From a virus (Duplodnaviria; Caudoviricetes): 64,000 nt of DNA. Shown one piece after another: positions 46,714 through 57,151 of the stretch. The first letter of the stretch is position 1; each line of letters begins with the position of its first letter. The stretch is taken from positions 96,001 to 160,000 of the IMG/VR virus record IMGVR_UViG_2595698595_000001, one strand, 5' to 3'. A program made the translations under genes and the position numbers. The notes under the pieces were generated by a model. That model ran no database searches. It was not told where the DNA came from and saw only the letters and a program-made list of their open reading frames with translations.

Positions 46714-47241
46714 ATGTACTTATCAAACATATACGAATCTTTCGTAGATTCTCAGATTTCTAATCCGTTTATCAATAACATGATTAAGAATCTTCCTTTC
46801 GAACAAATCACAGAAGGTAAATTTCCTGAACTGTTAAATACGTACCCCGAAGGTGTACGTAAAACTATCGAAGTTCTTCCAAATATTCTACACAAGCTAC
46901 ATACTTATTACAATGTTCCTGTAAAATGTGTTAAAGTAAATCACGAGTTGGAATTCGAACATGTTTCAAGTGAATGTACAACTGTTCAAGCCTTTCAATC
47001 TATTGTAAAGGCTGATCTTTGTACTAACTTTTCATTTACTGTCGATTTCGATAAGTTTACTGGTAGATTACCAATTAACAAATATCATCAAAAACGTACA
47101 CAGGACGATATTTTCATCATTGTAAGAAAACATTCAGGATTCATAAGTGTCGAAATCAGTGTATTCGATTACAAATCGTTTATCAGTAATGTAGAAATCG
47201 ATGAAATATTCGATCTTATCGTAGGTACTCCAAATTTCTAA
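46714..47241 (+). CDS. Hypothetical protein, paralog of 50858
   Basis: NLPF..IT...FP and SFI...E..EI.DLI shared. Confidence 0.6.
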   Translation: MYLSNIYESFVDSQISNPFINNMIKNLPFEQITEGKFPELLNTYPEGVRKTIEVLPNILHKLHTYYNVPVKCVKVNHELEFEHVSSECTTVQAFQSIVKADLCTNFSFTVDFDKFTGRLPINKYHQKRTQDDIFIIVRKHSGFISVEISVFDYKSFISNVEIDEIFDLIVGTPNF

Positions 47242-47244
47242 ATC

Positions 47245-47805
47245 ATGAACATATTCTTCCTAGATAACGATGAAACTATTTCAGCTTCATTATATACTGA
47301 TAAGCATATTATCAAAATGATTACAGAAACTTGTCAGATGCTTTCAACTTACGCTCATGAGAAATTCGAAAATCATCCTGTAGAGCTTTACAAACCTACA
47401 CATCGTAATCATCCATGTACTAAATGGTTATTCGAATCAACTAATAACGTTATACGTTTATGTAATATCGGTATTGCATTAGTTTCTGAATATCATTACA
47501 GATTCGGTAAACTTAACAATTTCTATAAAGCTAAACAAATACTTCATTATGTTTCGTTTAGAATTCTAGATTGCAGTTTCGAACTAGGTACCGAATTACC
47601 CTGTGTTGTAGCTGAATATGATGAGAATCTTTCAGTTTTCGAAAATTACGAAAAGTATTACATTACTCACAAGTTACAAAATGCTAAGTTTACTAACAGA
47701 CGTGAGTCAGAATTACATTGGACTAATAAAGCTGTAACATATTACGGGCAACAAAAGATTAAGGAAATTCAACAGATACTTCAAATACCAATAGAAAGAT
47801 TTTAA
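47245..47805 (+). CDS. Pyrimidine-dimer DNA glycosylase (DenV-related) family protein
   Basis: MNIFFLD...DKHIIKM..E..QML...YKPTHRNHPCTKW...EY.YRFGK. Confidence 0.75.
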   Translation: MNIFFLDNDETISASLYTDKHIIKMITETCQMLSTYAHEKFENHPVELYKPTHRNHPCTKWLFESTNNVIRLCNIGIALVSEYHYRFGKLNNFYKAKQILHYVSFRILDCSFELGTELPCVVAEYDENLSVFENYEKYYITHKLQNAKFTNRRESELHWTNKAVTYYGQQKIKEIQQILQIPIERF

Positions 47806-47806
47806 C

Positions 47807-48238
47807 ATGGCTAACGAAACAAAAACATTACCAGTTCCAAGTTTAATACCTGACTGTATAATATACGACTATGATGGTAGAAATCCAGAATTAGCTTGGA
47901 CTAGAGATTTAAACCGATCTGCACAATTTGCAACAATTACTACAGTAATGGGTGATACATCAGTACCATGGGATAGAATCGTATTAGTACATAGATTACA
48001 GGATCAATTACTTAATCTATTGAAATACAAATTAAGCCTAATGACTACTTGGAGTAGAGGAATTTCACATTCTGATATCATTGATGCTATTAACACCAAG
48101 AAAGCTTTGATACGTGACATTGGTTGGAAACTTAGATGGGATGTATTTAATCAAACGAAATCAGAAATTATTGAAATAATCGAATCGTTAGGTTCTATGA
48201 ACCTTGAACAAGCAATAGAATTTAGAAAGGACAAATAA
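47807..48238 (+). CDS. Hypothetical protein
   Basis: 143 aa ORF. Confidence 0.55.
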   Translation: MANETKTLPVPSLIPDCIIYDYDGRNPELAWTRDLNRSAQFATITTVMGDTSVPWDRIVLVHRLQDQLLNLLKYKLSLMTTWSRGISHSDIIDAINTKKALIRDIGWKLRWDVFNQTKSEIIEIIESLGSMNLEQAIEFRKDK

Positions 48239-48239
48239 C

Positions 48240-48596
48240 ATGAAAAACTTACATTGGTTACTCGCATACAAACTCGATCTTAGATGTGCTGAATCTATTC
48301 AGGAACTTGAAGATAACGTAAAGGATATTCTATCTATTCTTGATAAAGTTAAGAACGATATTAAACCTCTTGAGGATAAACTATCTGAAGACGTTTTCTG
48401 GGATTTACAAGAACAATTAGAATCTTGTATAGAATCGTTCGAAATTATTAAAGTAATGAGAGACATGGAATTCGAAGATGCTGCTGGAAATTACAATGAA
48501 GCTTTAGCTTGTTTGTATGATTTCTGTGATGAAAAACTATTTATAGACGATCAGGTTAGAAGATTCATTTGGTTAGAACTTTCACATACTATTTAA
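48240..48596 (+). CDS. Hypothetical acidic protein
   Basis: 118 aa; LYDFCD...IW motif. Confidence 0.55.
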   Translation: MKNLHWLLAYKLDLRCAESIQELEDNVKDILSILDKVKNDIKPLEDKLSEDVFWDLQEQLESCIESFEIIKVMRDMEFEDAAGNYNEALACLYDFCDEKLFIDDQVRRFIWLELSHTI

Positions 48597-48597
48597 C

Positions 48598-49824
48598 ATG
48601 AATAAATTTAATCAAGTTTTCAAATCTTCGTTAATCAATACTATCGGATACGATCCTATCGAAGTCGAAAGATTACCACTATTACAGAAATACTATATTC
48701 GGTTATATTATAAGTTATTCAATTCAAGTCCTTCTGAAAGAATAAGAACTTTCGTAGAATTCGAATGTAGTGACGCTTATAAAGCACAATTACTAACCTT
48801 AGAATCTATAAACTTACCTGAAGAATATAGTTGTTCGTATTACAAGATATCGTTATATGATTTGTTCTTTTCTGATACACAAACGTCATATTTACTGTTT
48901 CTCGAATTAGCTACAACTGATGTAATATTCGACAAAGTATTTCAGGAAAGATTCCATTGGATTTTTGATAAAGCTTACATAAAGTTTCTAGTTGAAAGTA
49001 ATCAAACTATCGTAATACTTAATGATAAGATATTTGACGAACAGATTCTTACGAATTTCGAGCTTTCTAAATTGTACGTTAATCATATCAAATTCGAAGA
49101 TCATACATCAGAATTCTTACATGAAAGACTTACGAAATTATTTGATCCTGTTAAAAACTTAGCATTCATTAAATATTACCTTCTAACTGAATGTGAAGAA
49201 TGCATAAACGATTTAACAGAATGGATCATAAAATCTATAGAATACGATTACGAGGATAAATCAAAGTATAAATATCGTAAAGATTTCTTTAACGATCTTT
49301 TCAAAGTCATATGTATAGACGCTTTCTCAGGTAAGTTTATTCATAAGATTTACAAGATTCAGAATTTAATAAGTCTAGAAAACAGGGAAGCTTATGTTAG
49401 ATTAGTTGAAGAACATGTAAAGACTTTCGGTTCTTCAAGATATTCCATACTTCTACTTTTTCCAAGTTCTTTAACTTCTACTGAAATCGTTCAGAAAGCT
49501 TTGAACGATTTGTCAAATCGTTTAACAGACAATACTAGTAAATCTGAAAACGTTTATAACTGTATCGATTCAGTTTATAGGATTTTTACTAGTTACGACT
49601 TCAACAATACAAGGATTCGTGACGAAATAAAAAGTTCACCATATTTCGATTCATTAAAGCTATATACGATATTTGCTATATACGTTAAACATCATAATTT
49701 CAATTTTCTTATGCATATTCCTAGAAATTGTATGACTCACAATATTCTTATGAGATTTGCTAAAGATTATCCGTTTTACCTTGGACAATATATGAAAGAC
49801 TGTCCAGATTTATTTGAAGACTAA
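48598..49824 (+). CDS. Hypothetical helical protein
   Basis: 408 aa ORF. Confidence 0.6.
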   Translation: MNKFNQVFKSSLINTIGYDPIEVERLPLLQKYYIRLYYKLFNSSPSERIRTFVEFECSDAYKAQLLTLESINLPEEYSCSYYKISLYDLFFSDTQTSYLLFLELATTDVIFDKVFQERFHWIFDKAYIKFLVESNQTIVILNDKIFDEQILTNFELSKLYVNHIKFEDHTSEFLHERLTKLFDPVKNLAFIKYYLLTECEECINDLTEWIIKSIEYDYEDKSKYKYRKDFFNDLFKVICIDAFSGKFIHKIYKIQNLISLENREAYVRLVEEHVKTFGSSRYSILLLFPSSLTSTEIVQKALNDLSNRLTDNTSKSENVYNCIDSVYRIFTSYDFNNTRIRDEIKSSPYFDSLKLYTIFAIYVKHHNFNFLMHIPRNCMTHNILMRFAKDYPFYLGQYMKDCPDLFED

Positions 49825-50147
49825 TGGAAAATACAGACTTACAATACAGAGATAATTCTTATTTTAACGAAAAAGATTATTACATATTCGAATCACATGG
49901 TCAGTTAATGCTCAGACAAGTTGAGTTTTCTGGAACTAACTGGTTTGTAAAAGATGGTGTACCTTACAAAGCTACAACTGTTAGATGTGTAGTTTCCAAC
50001 GTTGGTAACTTTATCAAATCTATAGAAACTTTACTTGAAAGTATTAACAAGAAACGTAAATATGGTGAACGTACTGGATTCTTTTATGCTGACTTGGGTA
50101 CTGGTTTAACATTAAATTATGATATGAGTTTCATGAAATATACATAA
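49824..50147 (+). CDS. Hypothetical protein
   Basis: 107 aa, TAATG coupling. Confidence 0.55.
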   Translation: MENTDLQYRDNSYFNEKDYYIFESHGQLMLRQVEFSGTNWFVKDGVPYKATTVRCVVSNVGNFIKSIETLLESINKKRKYGERTGFFYADLGTGLTLNYDMSFMKYT

Positions 50148-50153
50148 TACATA
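50139..50153 (+). promoter_or_regulatory. Tandem late motifs TATACATA/AATACATA
   Basis: Directly before a lone leader-bearing gene inside an early region. Confidence 0.65.
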
Positions 50154-50166
50154 AATCAAATAAGAC

Positions 50167-50715
50167 ATGAAATCAATATCAGAACTATACGAAGCTTTCG
50201 TAGAATTAAAACATATTAACAAAGACAAAGAATTTATAGCAGGTAAGGATGTAAAAATCGATTACAAATCTTTACCTAAGCATGCTCAAAAATTCTTTGA
50301 TGCTTTGTATTCGGGATTCGAACAATTAGGTAACAAGATAACATTCGAAGCTAATGAATCTAAATTAAACTTGAATAATGCTAGTTATAATCTTGTAAGA
50401 GTTTCAAAACCTGGATCAGACTATGGAACTATTCTTACTAGAGAAGAAGTTCTAGAACATAACGCTAAAAAGGTTGTACATTTGACTTCAGGATTTTACA
50501 TTCATTCAGCCTCAAATGATAAACCTATTTATATTACGTTATTCCTTAACATGGGTCCTAAAGGTGACGCTTCATTCAAGCTTAGCTTTAACATGGATTC
50601 AACTAAAGATTTGAAATATGCTCCAGGAATGGATGGCTTAAAATTAGCGACATCTGTAGTTAAGGCTATGATATCAAAGAACAAAGCTTATCAGAATAGT
50701 TTCTTCAATATGTAA
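50167..50715 (+). CDS. Putative internal head protein with leader (MKSISELYEA)
   Basis: Shared motif plus own late promoter. Confidence 0.6.
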   Translation: MKSISELYEAFVELKHINKDKEFIAGKDVKIDYKSLPKHAQKFFDALYSGFEQLGNKITFEANESKLNLNNASYNLVRVSKPGSDYGTILTREEVLEHNAKKVVHLTSGFYIHSASNDKPIYITLFLNMGPKGDASFKLSFNMDSTKDLKYAPGMDGLKLATSVVKAMISKNKAYQNSFFNM

Positions 50716-50739
50716 GAAAAATTAAGAAAAAATGTAAAA

Positions 50740-50820
50740 GAAACCCTCGGAAACTGAAACTTTCGAGGGTTTCGTAGTACTATACATTTATAAATAAATG
50801 GATTCCGTTACTTTGTAACG
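50740..50820 (+). promoter_or_regulatory. Stem-loop promoter cassette plus GTTACTTTGTAAC palindrome
   Basis: TGAAAC 50755, TACTAT 50778, palindrome 50807-50819. Confidence 0.8.
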
Positions 50821-50857
50821 TATATACTAAATTAATAAATAAATATATCTTTCAATT

Positions 50858-51391
50858 ATGACAACTATCAAATCAAAACTTTGGCAAGAACATGTAACTT
50901 CAGTAACAGAAAACTTTCATGTTGTAGAATATCTTTGGAATCTTCCATTTTCAGAAATTACAAACGCTAACTTCCCAGATTTCTTCAATTATGGTTCTAT
51001 TGACAGAACTAACGAAATCGTTAAACAAATAATCTGTCACTTTCTGAAATACAATGTTGATGTTATTTTGACATACGATAACATGATTACTCAACGTATT
51101 TCAAATGTATTCGAATTAAAAGATTTAAGTAAGTTCGTAAACCTTAAACAAGTTTGTATCGTAGATTTACAGGGTCAATTCAGAAACGAGAAAGAAGAAT
51201 CTAAACGATATGGTGACGCTTTTACTATCGCTTTCGATACTCTTACCGATTTGGAGAAATCTAAACAAGATTACCGTCCTAACTTAGATGTAAGATGTTT
51301 CCGAATTATGGATATTGAAATGGAATCGTTCATCAAAGCTTCGGAAGTTGAAGAAATATCTGACCTAATTATTGACAGTCTTCAAAAATAA
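50858..51391 (+). CDS. Hypothetical protein, paralog of 46714
   Basis: Shared N- and C-terminal motifs. Confidence 0.6.
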   Translation: MTTIKSKLWQEHVTSVTENFHVVEYLWNLPFSEITNANFPDFFNYGSIDRTNEIVKQIICHFLKYNVDVILTYDNMITQRISNVFELKDLSKFVNLKQVCIVDLQGQFRNEKEESKRYGDAFTIAFDTLTDLEKSKQDYRPNLDVRCFRIMDIEMESFIKASEVEEISDLIIDSLQK

Positions 51392-51408
51392 AAAGTAAAA
51401 AATAATTA

Positions 51409-51452
51409 AAAACCTACGGAAACTGAAACTTTCGTAGGTTTTGTAGTATAAT
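51409..51452 (+). promoter_or_regulatory. Stem-loop promoter cassette
   Basis: AAAACCTACGGAA-ACTGAAAC-TTTCGTAGGTTTT; TATAAT 51447. Confidence 0.8.
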
Positions 51453-51488
51453 ATACTCAAATAACAAATTTATAAATATATTTCAATT

Positions 51489-51803
51489 ATGGCTTTATTA
51501 TCAATGTCTAACGGACCAAAACAAACATTAAACGTTAACTACGCGTTAGAAACTCTTCGAAATTCTGGAATCGATGCAATGAAACATTGCTTCAAACTTA
51601 CTGTTATGACTGATAACGGTTACGAGGAAGTTAAAACCTTCACTCATAAATCCATTCAAAAATGTTATGTTGTAACTTTAGCTGGTGGAAAATCTTTCAC
51701 ATTGTCTGAATTACTTCACTTACAAAAGGAATTAAAACAAGCTCGTATTAAAAATAACGAATCTTTAAACTGCAAAAAAGTTTACAGATATGAAGCAAAA
51801 TAA
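51489..51803 (+). CDS. Early hypothetical protein
   Basis: TTTCAATTATG start. Confidence 0.6.
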   Translation: MALLSMSNGPKQTLNVNYALETLRNSGIDAMKHCFKLTVMTDNGYEEVKTFTHKSIQKCYVVTLAGGKSFTLSELLHLQKELKQARIKNNESLNCKKVYRYEAK

Positions 51804-52113
51804 TTTCGAGATTTTGGAGATTAACGGAAGACAATTAGTCTTCTGTTCTCCATCTTATGCTGAAACTTTATATGATTCTAAGATATTAGACATATCACCA
51901 GTAGGTCAAGCTACTACTCTTTCAAAAGAAGTTTATGAAGCATTAACACCTGTTCGTCTAAATACAGTTTATTACGATTACCTTAATAGTGGTAAATATT
52001 TCTTAGACCCTCGTGACAGTTTTATGTCATTCATGGAAGCTTCAGGAATGACTAAACGTTTTCCAAAAGAACCACCTTTCATTTTCATCATTCGTCAAGA
52101 CTTTTTAAACTAA
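51790..52113 (+). CDS. Hypothetical protein
   Basis: 107 aa ORF. Confidence 0.55.
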   Translation: MKQNNFEILEINGRQLVFCSPSYAETLYDSKILDISPVGQATTLSKEVYEALTPVRLNTVYYDYLNSGKYFLDPRDSFMSFMEASGMTKRFPKEPPFIFIIRQDFLN

Positions 52114-52125
52114 ATACTTTCAATT

Positions 52126-52326
52126 ATGCAAGACCAATCAGTAATAGTCTGGAACTCTGAGACTAATCAAAACGATACTTTAGTAATCGATCAACAAGTA
52201 ATCGATTTCGCAAAGAACTACAAACAAGATCAAAAGAATTTCGACATTCTTTACCTTTCGTCAATTTCCACATTAATCGTTATAGCAATTGTAGTATCGT
52301 TAATCAAAAAATCTAGAAGAAAATAA
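52126..52326 (+). CDS. Small C-terminal TM protein
   Basis: TTTCAATTATG start; hydrophobic C-terminus. Confidence 0.55.
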   Translation: MQDQSVIVWNSETNQNDTLVIDQQVIDFAKNYKQDQKNFDILYLSSISTLIVIAIVVSLIKKSRRK

Positions 52327-52328
52327 TC

Positions 52329-52919
52329 ATGAAAATAACTCCGAAAATCCACCTAAGAATCTTCATTTCTATGATTGTAATTGTAGCTCTTTGTGCTGCT
52401 ACAGGTAATCCGTATTTAGCTGTTCTTTCTCTATTTCTAGCTTTATTCGTTTTGAAAGCTTTAGTAAACGAAAGGATTCTTTCCAGAATCGAAAGTTTCA
52501 ATATTGATTTCTTTTCAGAATCTAGAAGTAAACGATTAGAACGTTCGCAACTTAAGAAATACAAAGAACTTCTTAAAGACGGTTTTACTGAAGTTGAGAA
52601 TTCACCAGAATATCTGTTACGTCAAGATAATGGTACGAATACGTACGCATTAAATCCTAAGAATTACAATACGTTATCGAAGCTTATCATAATCAAGAAT
52701 CCTATTACGAAAGGTGGTTATACATCTCGTAAGATTGATAAAGTTTACGTAGAACATAATTTAGCTACTAACGAAATCGATATGTACTGTACAGATTCTA
52801 AAGATCGTTTGTATTTGAAATCTGAGATAAGAATATTCGAAGATTTCGATATTAACGAATTGTATGTCATATTAATGAAACGTCTAACTAAATCTATCGA
52901 ACATGGAAGATATAACTAA
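52329..52919 (+). CDS. Membrane protein (two N-terminal TMs)
   Basis: Hydrophobic N-terminus. Confidence 0.55.
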   Translation: MKITPKIHLRIFISMIVIVALCAATGNPYLAVLSLFLALFVLKALVNERILSRIESFNIDFFSESRSKRLERSQLKKYKELLKDGFTEVENSPEYLLRQDNGTNTYALNPKNYNTLSKLIIIKNPITKGGYTSRKIDKVYVEHNLATNEIDMYCTDSKDRLYLKSEIRIFEDFDINELYVILMKRLTKSIEHGRYN

Positions 52920-53151
52920 GCATGCTAATTTGATTACAAGTATAACTCTCGTATTAGCTTGGGTTATTTGTATAGTTTCTGTACTTACTATTGGTTTTAT
53001 GAACGACAAGATTTCAGGTAAAAGTCTTATTATCATAATACTAATAGGATTAATGACAGCTTTACTAATGATTGGTATCAAATATGTTTTCAATGAAATG
53101 TCAGCAATCATATTTAAATTGAATCAGGAACTAAAAGAATTTAAACAGTAA
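52903..53151 (+). CDS. Small two-TM membrane protein
   Basis: Two hydrophobic helices. Confidence 0.55.
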   Translation: MEDITKHANLITSITLVLAWVICIVSVLTIGFMNDKISGKSLIIIILIGLMTALLMIGIKYVFNEMSAIIFKLNQELKEFKQ

Positions 53152-53152
53152 C

Positions 53153-53181
53153 TGAAACTTTTTGACAATCTGTAGTATAAT
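53153..53181 (+). promoter_or_regulatory. Early/middle promoter TGAAAC-N17-TATAAT
   Basis: Upstream of ligase. Confidence 0.75.
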
Positions 53182-53215
53182 ACATCTATATATTTAAACT
53201 ATAATCATTTCAATT

Positions 53216-55090
53216 ATGCAATTCGAAAAACATTCTGTTCAATTTCTTATCGATCTTTACAACAATGCTAAAGAACAGTATTACAATACTGGAAATTCCC
53301 CACTTACCGATTCAGAATTCGATGAATTAGAGGATTATTTGCTATCTAATGAATACGTCGAGAAATATGTTGGTACTGAAGAAATCAAAGGTACTAAATC
53401 ACCTCATGTAACTCCAATGTTATCTCTTGACAAAGTTCAAGTATTTACTGATGGATTTGAAGGGCATCATTTCGATCATGTTCTTGCAGCTCTTGGTAGA
53501 TATGATCAATTTGTTACTCATAAACATGGTGATCATATGCTTCAAGCTTCATTTAAATTAGATGGTTTAGCTGCAAATATCACATATGCTGATGGAGTTC
53601 TTAAAACTATCGCAACACGTGGTAACGGTAAAATAGGTTCTGATATTACTGAAAAATGTAAACATTTAGTTCCAAACAAATTATCAACAAATTTCAGTGG
53701 TGAGGTTCGTGGTGAAATCTTTATCAAGAAATCTACATTCATTCAGAAATATTCTGAATACAAAAATCCAAGAAACTTAGCTGCCGGTATTGTTGGTCAA
53801 AACGATATCAAGGACCCAAGATTAAAAGATTTGAATATCTTCTTATTTGAAGTGAAAGGTTCGGTTAAGACTTTATTCGAAATCGTTGACTTACGTCCAT
53901 TGATAATCGATTCTATTTCGTTCTTCAATACATTCGATGAAATGTCGAAAGCTTATCATGAATTACTTGATAAACGTACAAATCTCGATTATCCAACAGA
54001 TGGTATCGTAATTAGATTATCAAGTGCTGTTGAACATCGTGATAATGGTTTAGCACCACTTTACTCAGTAGCTGTTAAATTCCCTCCAATGTTAGCAAGA
54101 ACTAAAATTGCTAAAATCTCATGGAATCTTCGTAAATCTGGAAAATTCATTCCACATGCAACATTAGAACCTGTAGAATTGGATGGAACTATCGTAACTC
54201 ATGCAGCTTTACATAACTATGGATGGGTTAATGAAAGAGGTTGTTGGGAAGGTGCTGAGGTTGTAATTGGTAAAAATGGTGACATCATTCCACAAATTCA
54301 ATCAGTAGTAACAAAATCAGAACCTTCTAATCTACCAGAAAATCATGTAATTTCTGATAACGGTCTTCATATGTTACCATCGGGTGATATGTCTGACGTT
54401 ATTAATCGCAACAAATTCGTTCAAGGTTTTTATACTTTAGGAATGTTTGGATTCGGTGGTGCTACATTCATCAAACTTTATGATTTGATGGAAGGTAAAA
54501 TCGAAAACATCTTTAACGATGATTTGTTTACTAAGAAAAATCTAGCACCAATACTAGGTTTAGGAATGACTGGTCCTAAATTCCTTAAGGAACGTCAACA
54601 TGTTTTAGTAAATATGAATCTTCCTAAGTTGCTATTAGCTATGCAATTCGATTCTTGTGGCTGGAGACATTGTTTGAAACTGTCTAAAGCGTATTCGAAA
54701 CCGGATGCTGAACTTGATACATCTGGATTAAATTCTAAAGTTGTATATTCAGTAACACAGGATCAAAACAATATCTATCGTATAACTTCAGCAATTCAAT
54801 TAGCGTTAAGAAACGGTATCGAACTTGAAGATATCGAAGAAAAAGTTATCGAAAAAGGTTCAGTTACTTTTGAAATGACTGGATCACCTAAATTAGCTGG
54901 ATTCAAATCTAAGGAAGCTTTCGTACAATATGTATCAACTTGGAATCATACGAAACTTAAGAAAGATACCACTTATCTGATAACAGATGATAAGGTTTCG
55001 AAAACTTCAAAAATGAAATTCGCGGACGCTAACAATGTAACAGTTTTAACTTACGAAGAAGCTGTAGCTAAATTTAAAGAATCTTTGTAA
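53216..55090 (+). CDS. ligA: NAD-dependent DNA ligase
   Basis: YY...SP.TD.EFD, PMLSLDK, KLDG, TRGNG..G.DIT, EVRGE, NPRNLAAG, DGIV, AVKF, ALHN, GDIIP, C-terminal BRCT. Confidence 0.95.
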   Translation: MQFEKHSVQFLIDLYNNAKEQYYNTGNSPLTDSEFDELEDYLLSNEYVEKYVGTEEIKGTKSPHVTPMLSLDKVQVFTDGFEGHHFDHVLAALGRYDQFVTHKHGDHMLQASFKLDGLAANITYADGVLKTIATRGNGKIGSDITEKCKHLVPNKLSTNFSGEVRGEIFIKKSTFIQKYSEYKNPRNLAAGIVGQNDIKDPRLKDLNIFLFEVKGSVKTLFEIVDLRPLIIDSISFFNTFDEMSKAYHELLDKRTNLDYPTDGIVIRLSSAVEHRDNGLAPLYSVAVKFPPMLARTKIAKISWNLRKSGKFIPHATLEPVELDGTIVTHAALHNYGWVNERGCWEGAEVVIGKNGDIIPQIQSVVTKSEPSNLPENHVISDNGLHMLPSGDMSDVINRNKFVQGFYTLGMFGFGGATFIKLYDLMEGKIENIFNDDLFTKKNLAPILGLGMTGPKFLKERQHVLVNMNLPKLLLAMQFDSCGWRHCLKLSKAYSKPDAELDTSGLNSKVVYSVTQDQNNIYRITSAIQLALRNGIELEDIEEKVIEKGSVTFEMTGSPKLAGFKSKEAFVQYVSTWNHTKLKKDTTYLITDDKVSKTSKMKFADANNVTVLTYEEAVAKFKESL

Positions 55091-55506
55091 TGATAGAACT
55101 AAGTAAATATAGTTATTCTAATGTATTCGATAATACCGTAAGATTGGATTCTTACGGTAATCTTTCAATAATCCGTAAGTTTAATACTGTAGAATCTAAT
55201 ATTACTGTTAAACTTAATGTTAAGGATATCCAAAATCTTATCGATATTCAAGAGAAAATACTAGCTTTATATGGTAACGTATTTTCAGATTCTTTAACTT
55301 GGTATGTAAATTCTGAAGATTATCATATCAATGTCAATTTTCGAAGACATTTAAGAATCGATAATACTAGTTACGGTAATGTTTCAGTATTCGATAATCG
55401 TAAGAATCTTATCGTTTCATTTCCATGCTTTAATAAAGTCGATAAATCTGTAATCTATGAATTACTTCCAATAATCGACAGACTTAACAAATCAAAACAA
55501 TCTTAA
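55090..55506 (+). CDS. Hypothetical protein
   Basis: 138 aa, TAATG coupling. Confidence 0.55.
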   Translation: MIELSKYSYSNVFDNTVRLDSYGNLSIIRKFNTVESNITVKLNVKDIQNLIDIQEKILALYGNVFSDSLTWYVNSEDYHINVNFRRHLRIDNTSYGNVSVFDNRKNLIVSFPCFNKVDKSVIYELLPIIDRLNKSKQS

Positions 55507-55544
55507 TAATACATATTATCTATAAACTATAACTGTAACTTATC

Positions 55545-56090
55545 ATGAATACGCACGACTCACAACAGAAAATCAATATTTTAGAAAAAGCCTTGTACAA
55601 TCAACTTTATGTACATGGTACTATTCAAGCCGATACTTTAGTAAAACTTATTCCAGATCGCAATACTAACGAAACCACTGCTATCTTATTTATTGAAAGT
55701 AATAATATTACTAAACAAAACTTTTCGATAGCTTTCAGAGTAACGATAAGTAACGATTACACAACAATCATAACTTCTGATAACAGATATAATCGAAATC
55801 TGATAATACTTGATATCGATAATACTGGAACAGAAAAACGCAATACTGAAACATTGAATGTCATGTTATCGAAACTTGACAATACGTTAAGAACTTACAG
55901 AATTCAATATTCAAACACTCCGTTAATGCTTTCTGGATATAATGATTTCATTGACGAAAATGGTGAGAAATCATTGTTTCCAATGTTCTCTGAACGTAAG
56001 TTTAAATTGTATGCGTCATTGAACACAGTATTACATACTATCAAGAAAATCAATATCGAACATCCTAACCTAAAAGTTACATGGATATAA
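55545..56090 (+). CDS. Hypothetical protein
   Basis: 181 aa; AATACATA at 55508-55515. Confidence 0.55.
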   Translation: MNTHDSQQKINILEKALYNQLYVHGTIQADTLVKLIPDRNTNETTAILFIESNNITKQNFSIAFRVTISNDYTTIITSDNRYNRNLIILDIDNTGTEKRNTETLNVMLSKLDNTLRTYRIQYSNTPLMLSGYNDFIDENGEKSLFPMFSERKFKLYASLNTVLHTIKKINIEHPNLKVTWI

Positions 56091-56581
56091 CAGTAGTTTT
56101 CGAATCGAAAGAAGACAAAAATAGATTACAGGTATCATTGAAAGACGATACCTTATCTGTTTGGAATTCATTATTCGAGATAGAAGAAAGAGCATATAAT
56201 CCAATACATAAAGAAGTAGTTAGAACTGATTTTGTATTTGAAGGTATTGGAACTTCTATGCAATTTATTTCGGACATAATCGAATTACCAACTAACGAAT
56301 TGTTTCAAGTTGAAATACTTAGAAGAAATCTAACAGAACCATTTGTATGCTGTGTCAAACCTTCGACAACGTTCGCAATATGTGTTGAAACGACTAACGC
56401 AATATTAGCTTTCGTAAAGACTATAGAAGTTTTCATATCAAAAATGGATTCGTATAAACAATTTCAAAGTGTCTTTGGTCAATCTTGGGACGGTTCGGTG
56501 CTAAGAAATCTAAACGATTTCATCATAAAAAGTCTACTAAAAGACTGTCATTCTTATAAACAATCAATCAATCAAAAATGA
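56081..56581 (+). CDS. Hypothetical protein
   Basis: 166 aa ORF. Confidence 0.55.
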   Translation: MDITVVFESKEDKNRLQVSLKDDTLSVWNSLFEIEERAYNPIHKEVVRTDFVFEGIGTSMQFISDIIELPTNELFQVEILRRNLTEPFVCCVKPSTTFAICVETTNAILAFVKTIEVFISKMDSYKQFQSVFGQSWDGSVLRNLNDFIIKSLLKDCHSYKQSINQK

Positions 56582-57087
56582 TCTTTTTACTTATTTTACT
56601 TATTGTCGGAGCTATAGCTTCGTTAAACAGAAAATCAAATCCGTTCTATGGTAAACAGGAAGGTTTGTCAAGAATAGTTGGTGGTGCTTTTGTAGGGTTT
56701 CTATTATGGCTATTCATATTGAATCCAGTTTTAAGTATCGTTTCTAAAAATATCAAGTTTACAAAAACTAGTCAAATAGATTCGATACAAGCTATTACTG
56801 TTGATACTGATTTCGATACTTTCAAAATATCTTTAAAGGATTCTTCTTTACTAATGAATTCTAGTAGTCCAGCTTTATTCATAGTTAATGACAGTTTAAT
56901 CTTTGAAGGTGATACAATTATTAATATTTCCAAATTAGTGAAAGTTACTAGTAAGTCATCTAATAAACTACTTTATATCGATATGAACATTGTTCCAGAT
57001 TATGAAATACATCTAACTGAATCAGATTATTCGAAACTAAATCCAATGTATAGAAACGAATTCAGTCATATGTTTATCAGAAGATAA
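56578..57087 (+). CDS. Membrane protein
   Basis: Two N-terminal hydrophobic segments. Confidence 0.55.
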   Translation: MIFLLILLIVGAIASLNRKSNPFYGKQEGLSRIVGGAFVGFLLWLFILNPVLSIVSKNIKFTKTSQIDSIQAITVDTDFDTFKISLKDSSLLMNSSSPALFIVNDSLIFEGDTIINISKLVKVTSKSSNKLLYIDMNIVPDYEIHLTESDYSKLNPMYRNEFSHMFIRR

Positions 57088-57151
57088 GGAAACGATAATA
57101 CATACTTAAGTAATATACATCTATATTTCAATTTCAAAACATAAGAAACGT

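Noticed and set aside
46714-46745. MYLSNIYES as an 18th cargo leader
   Set aside because: Lacks MK(T/S), lies in an early operon, and its paralog at 50858 has no such motif
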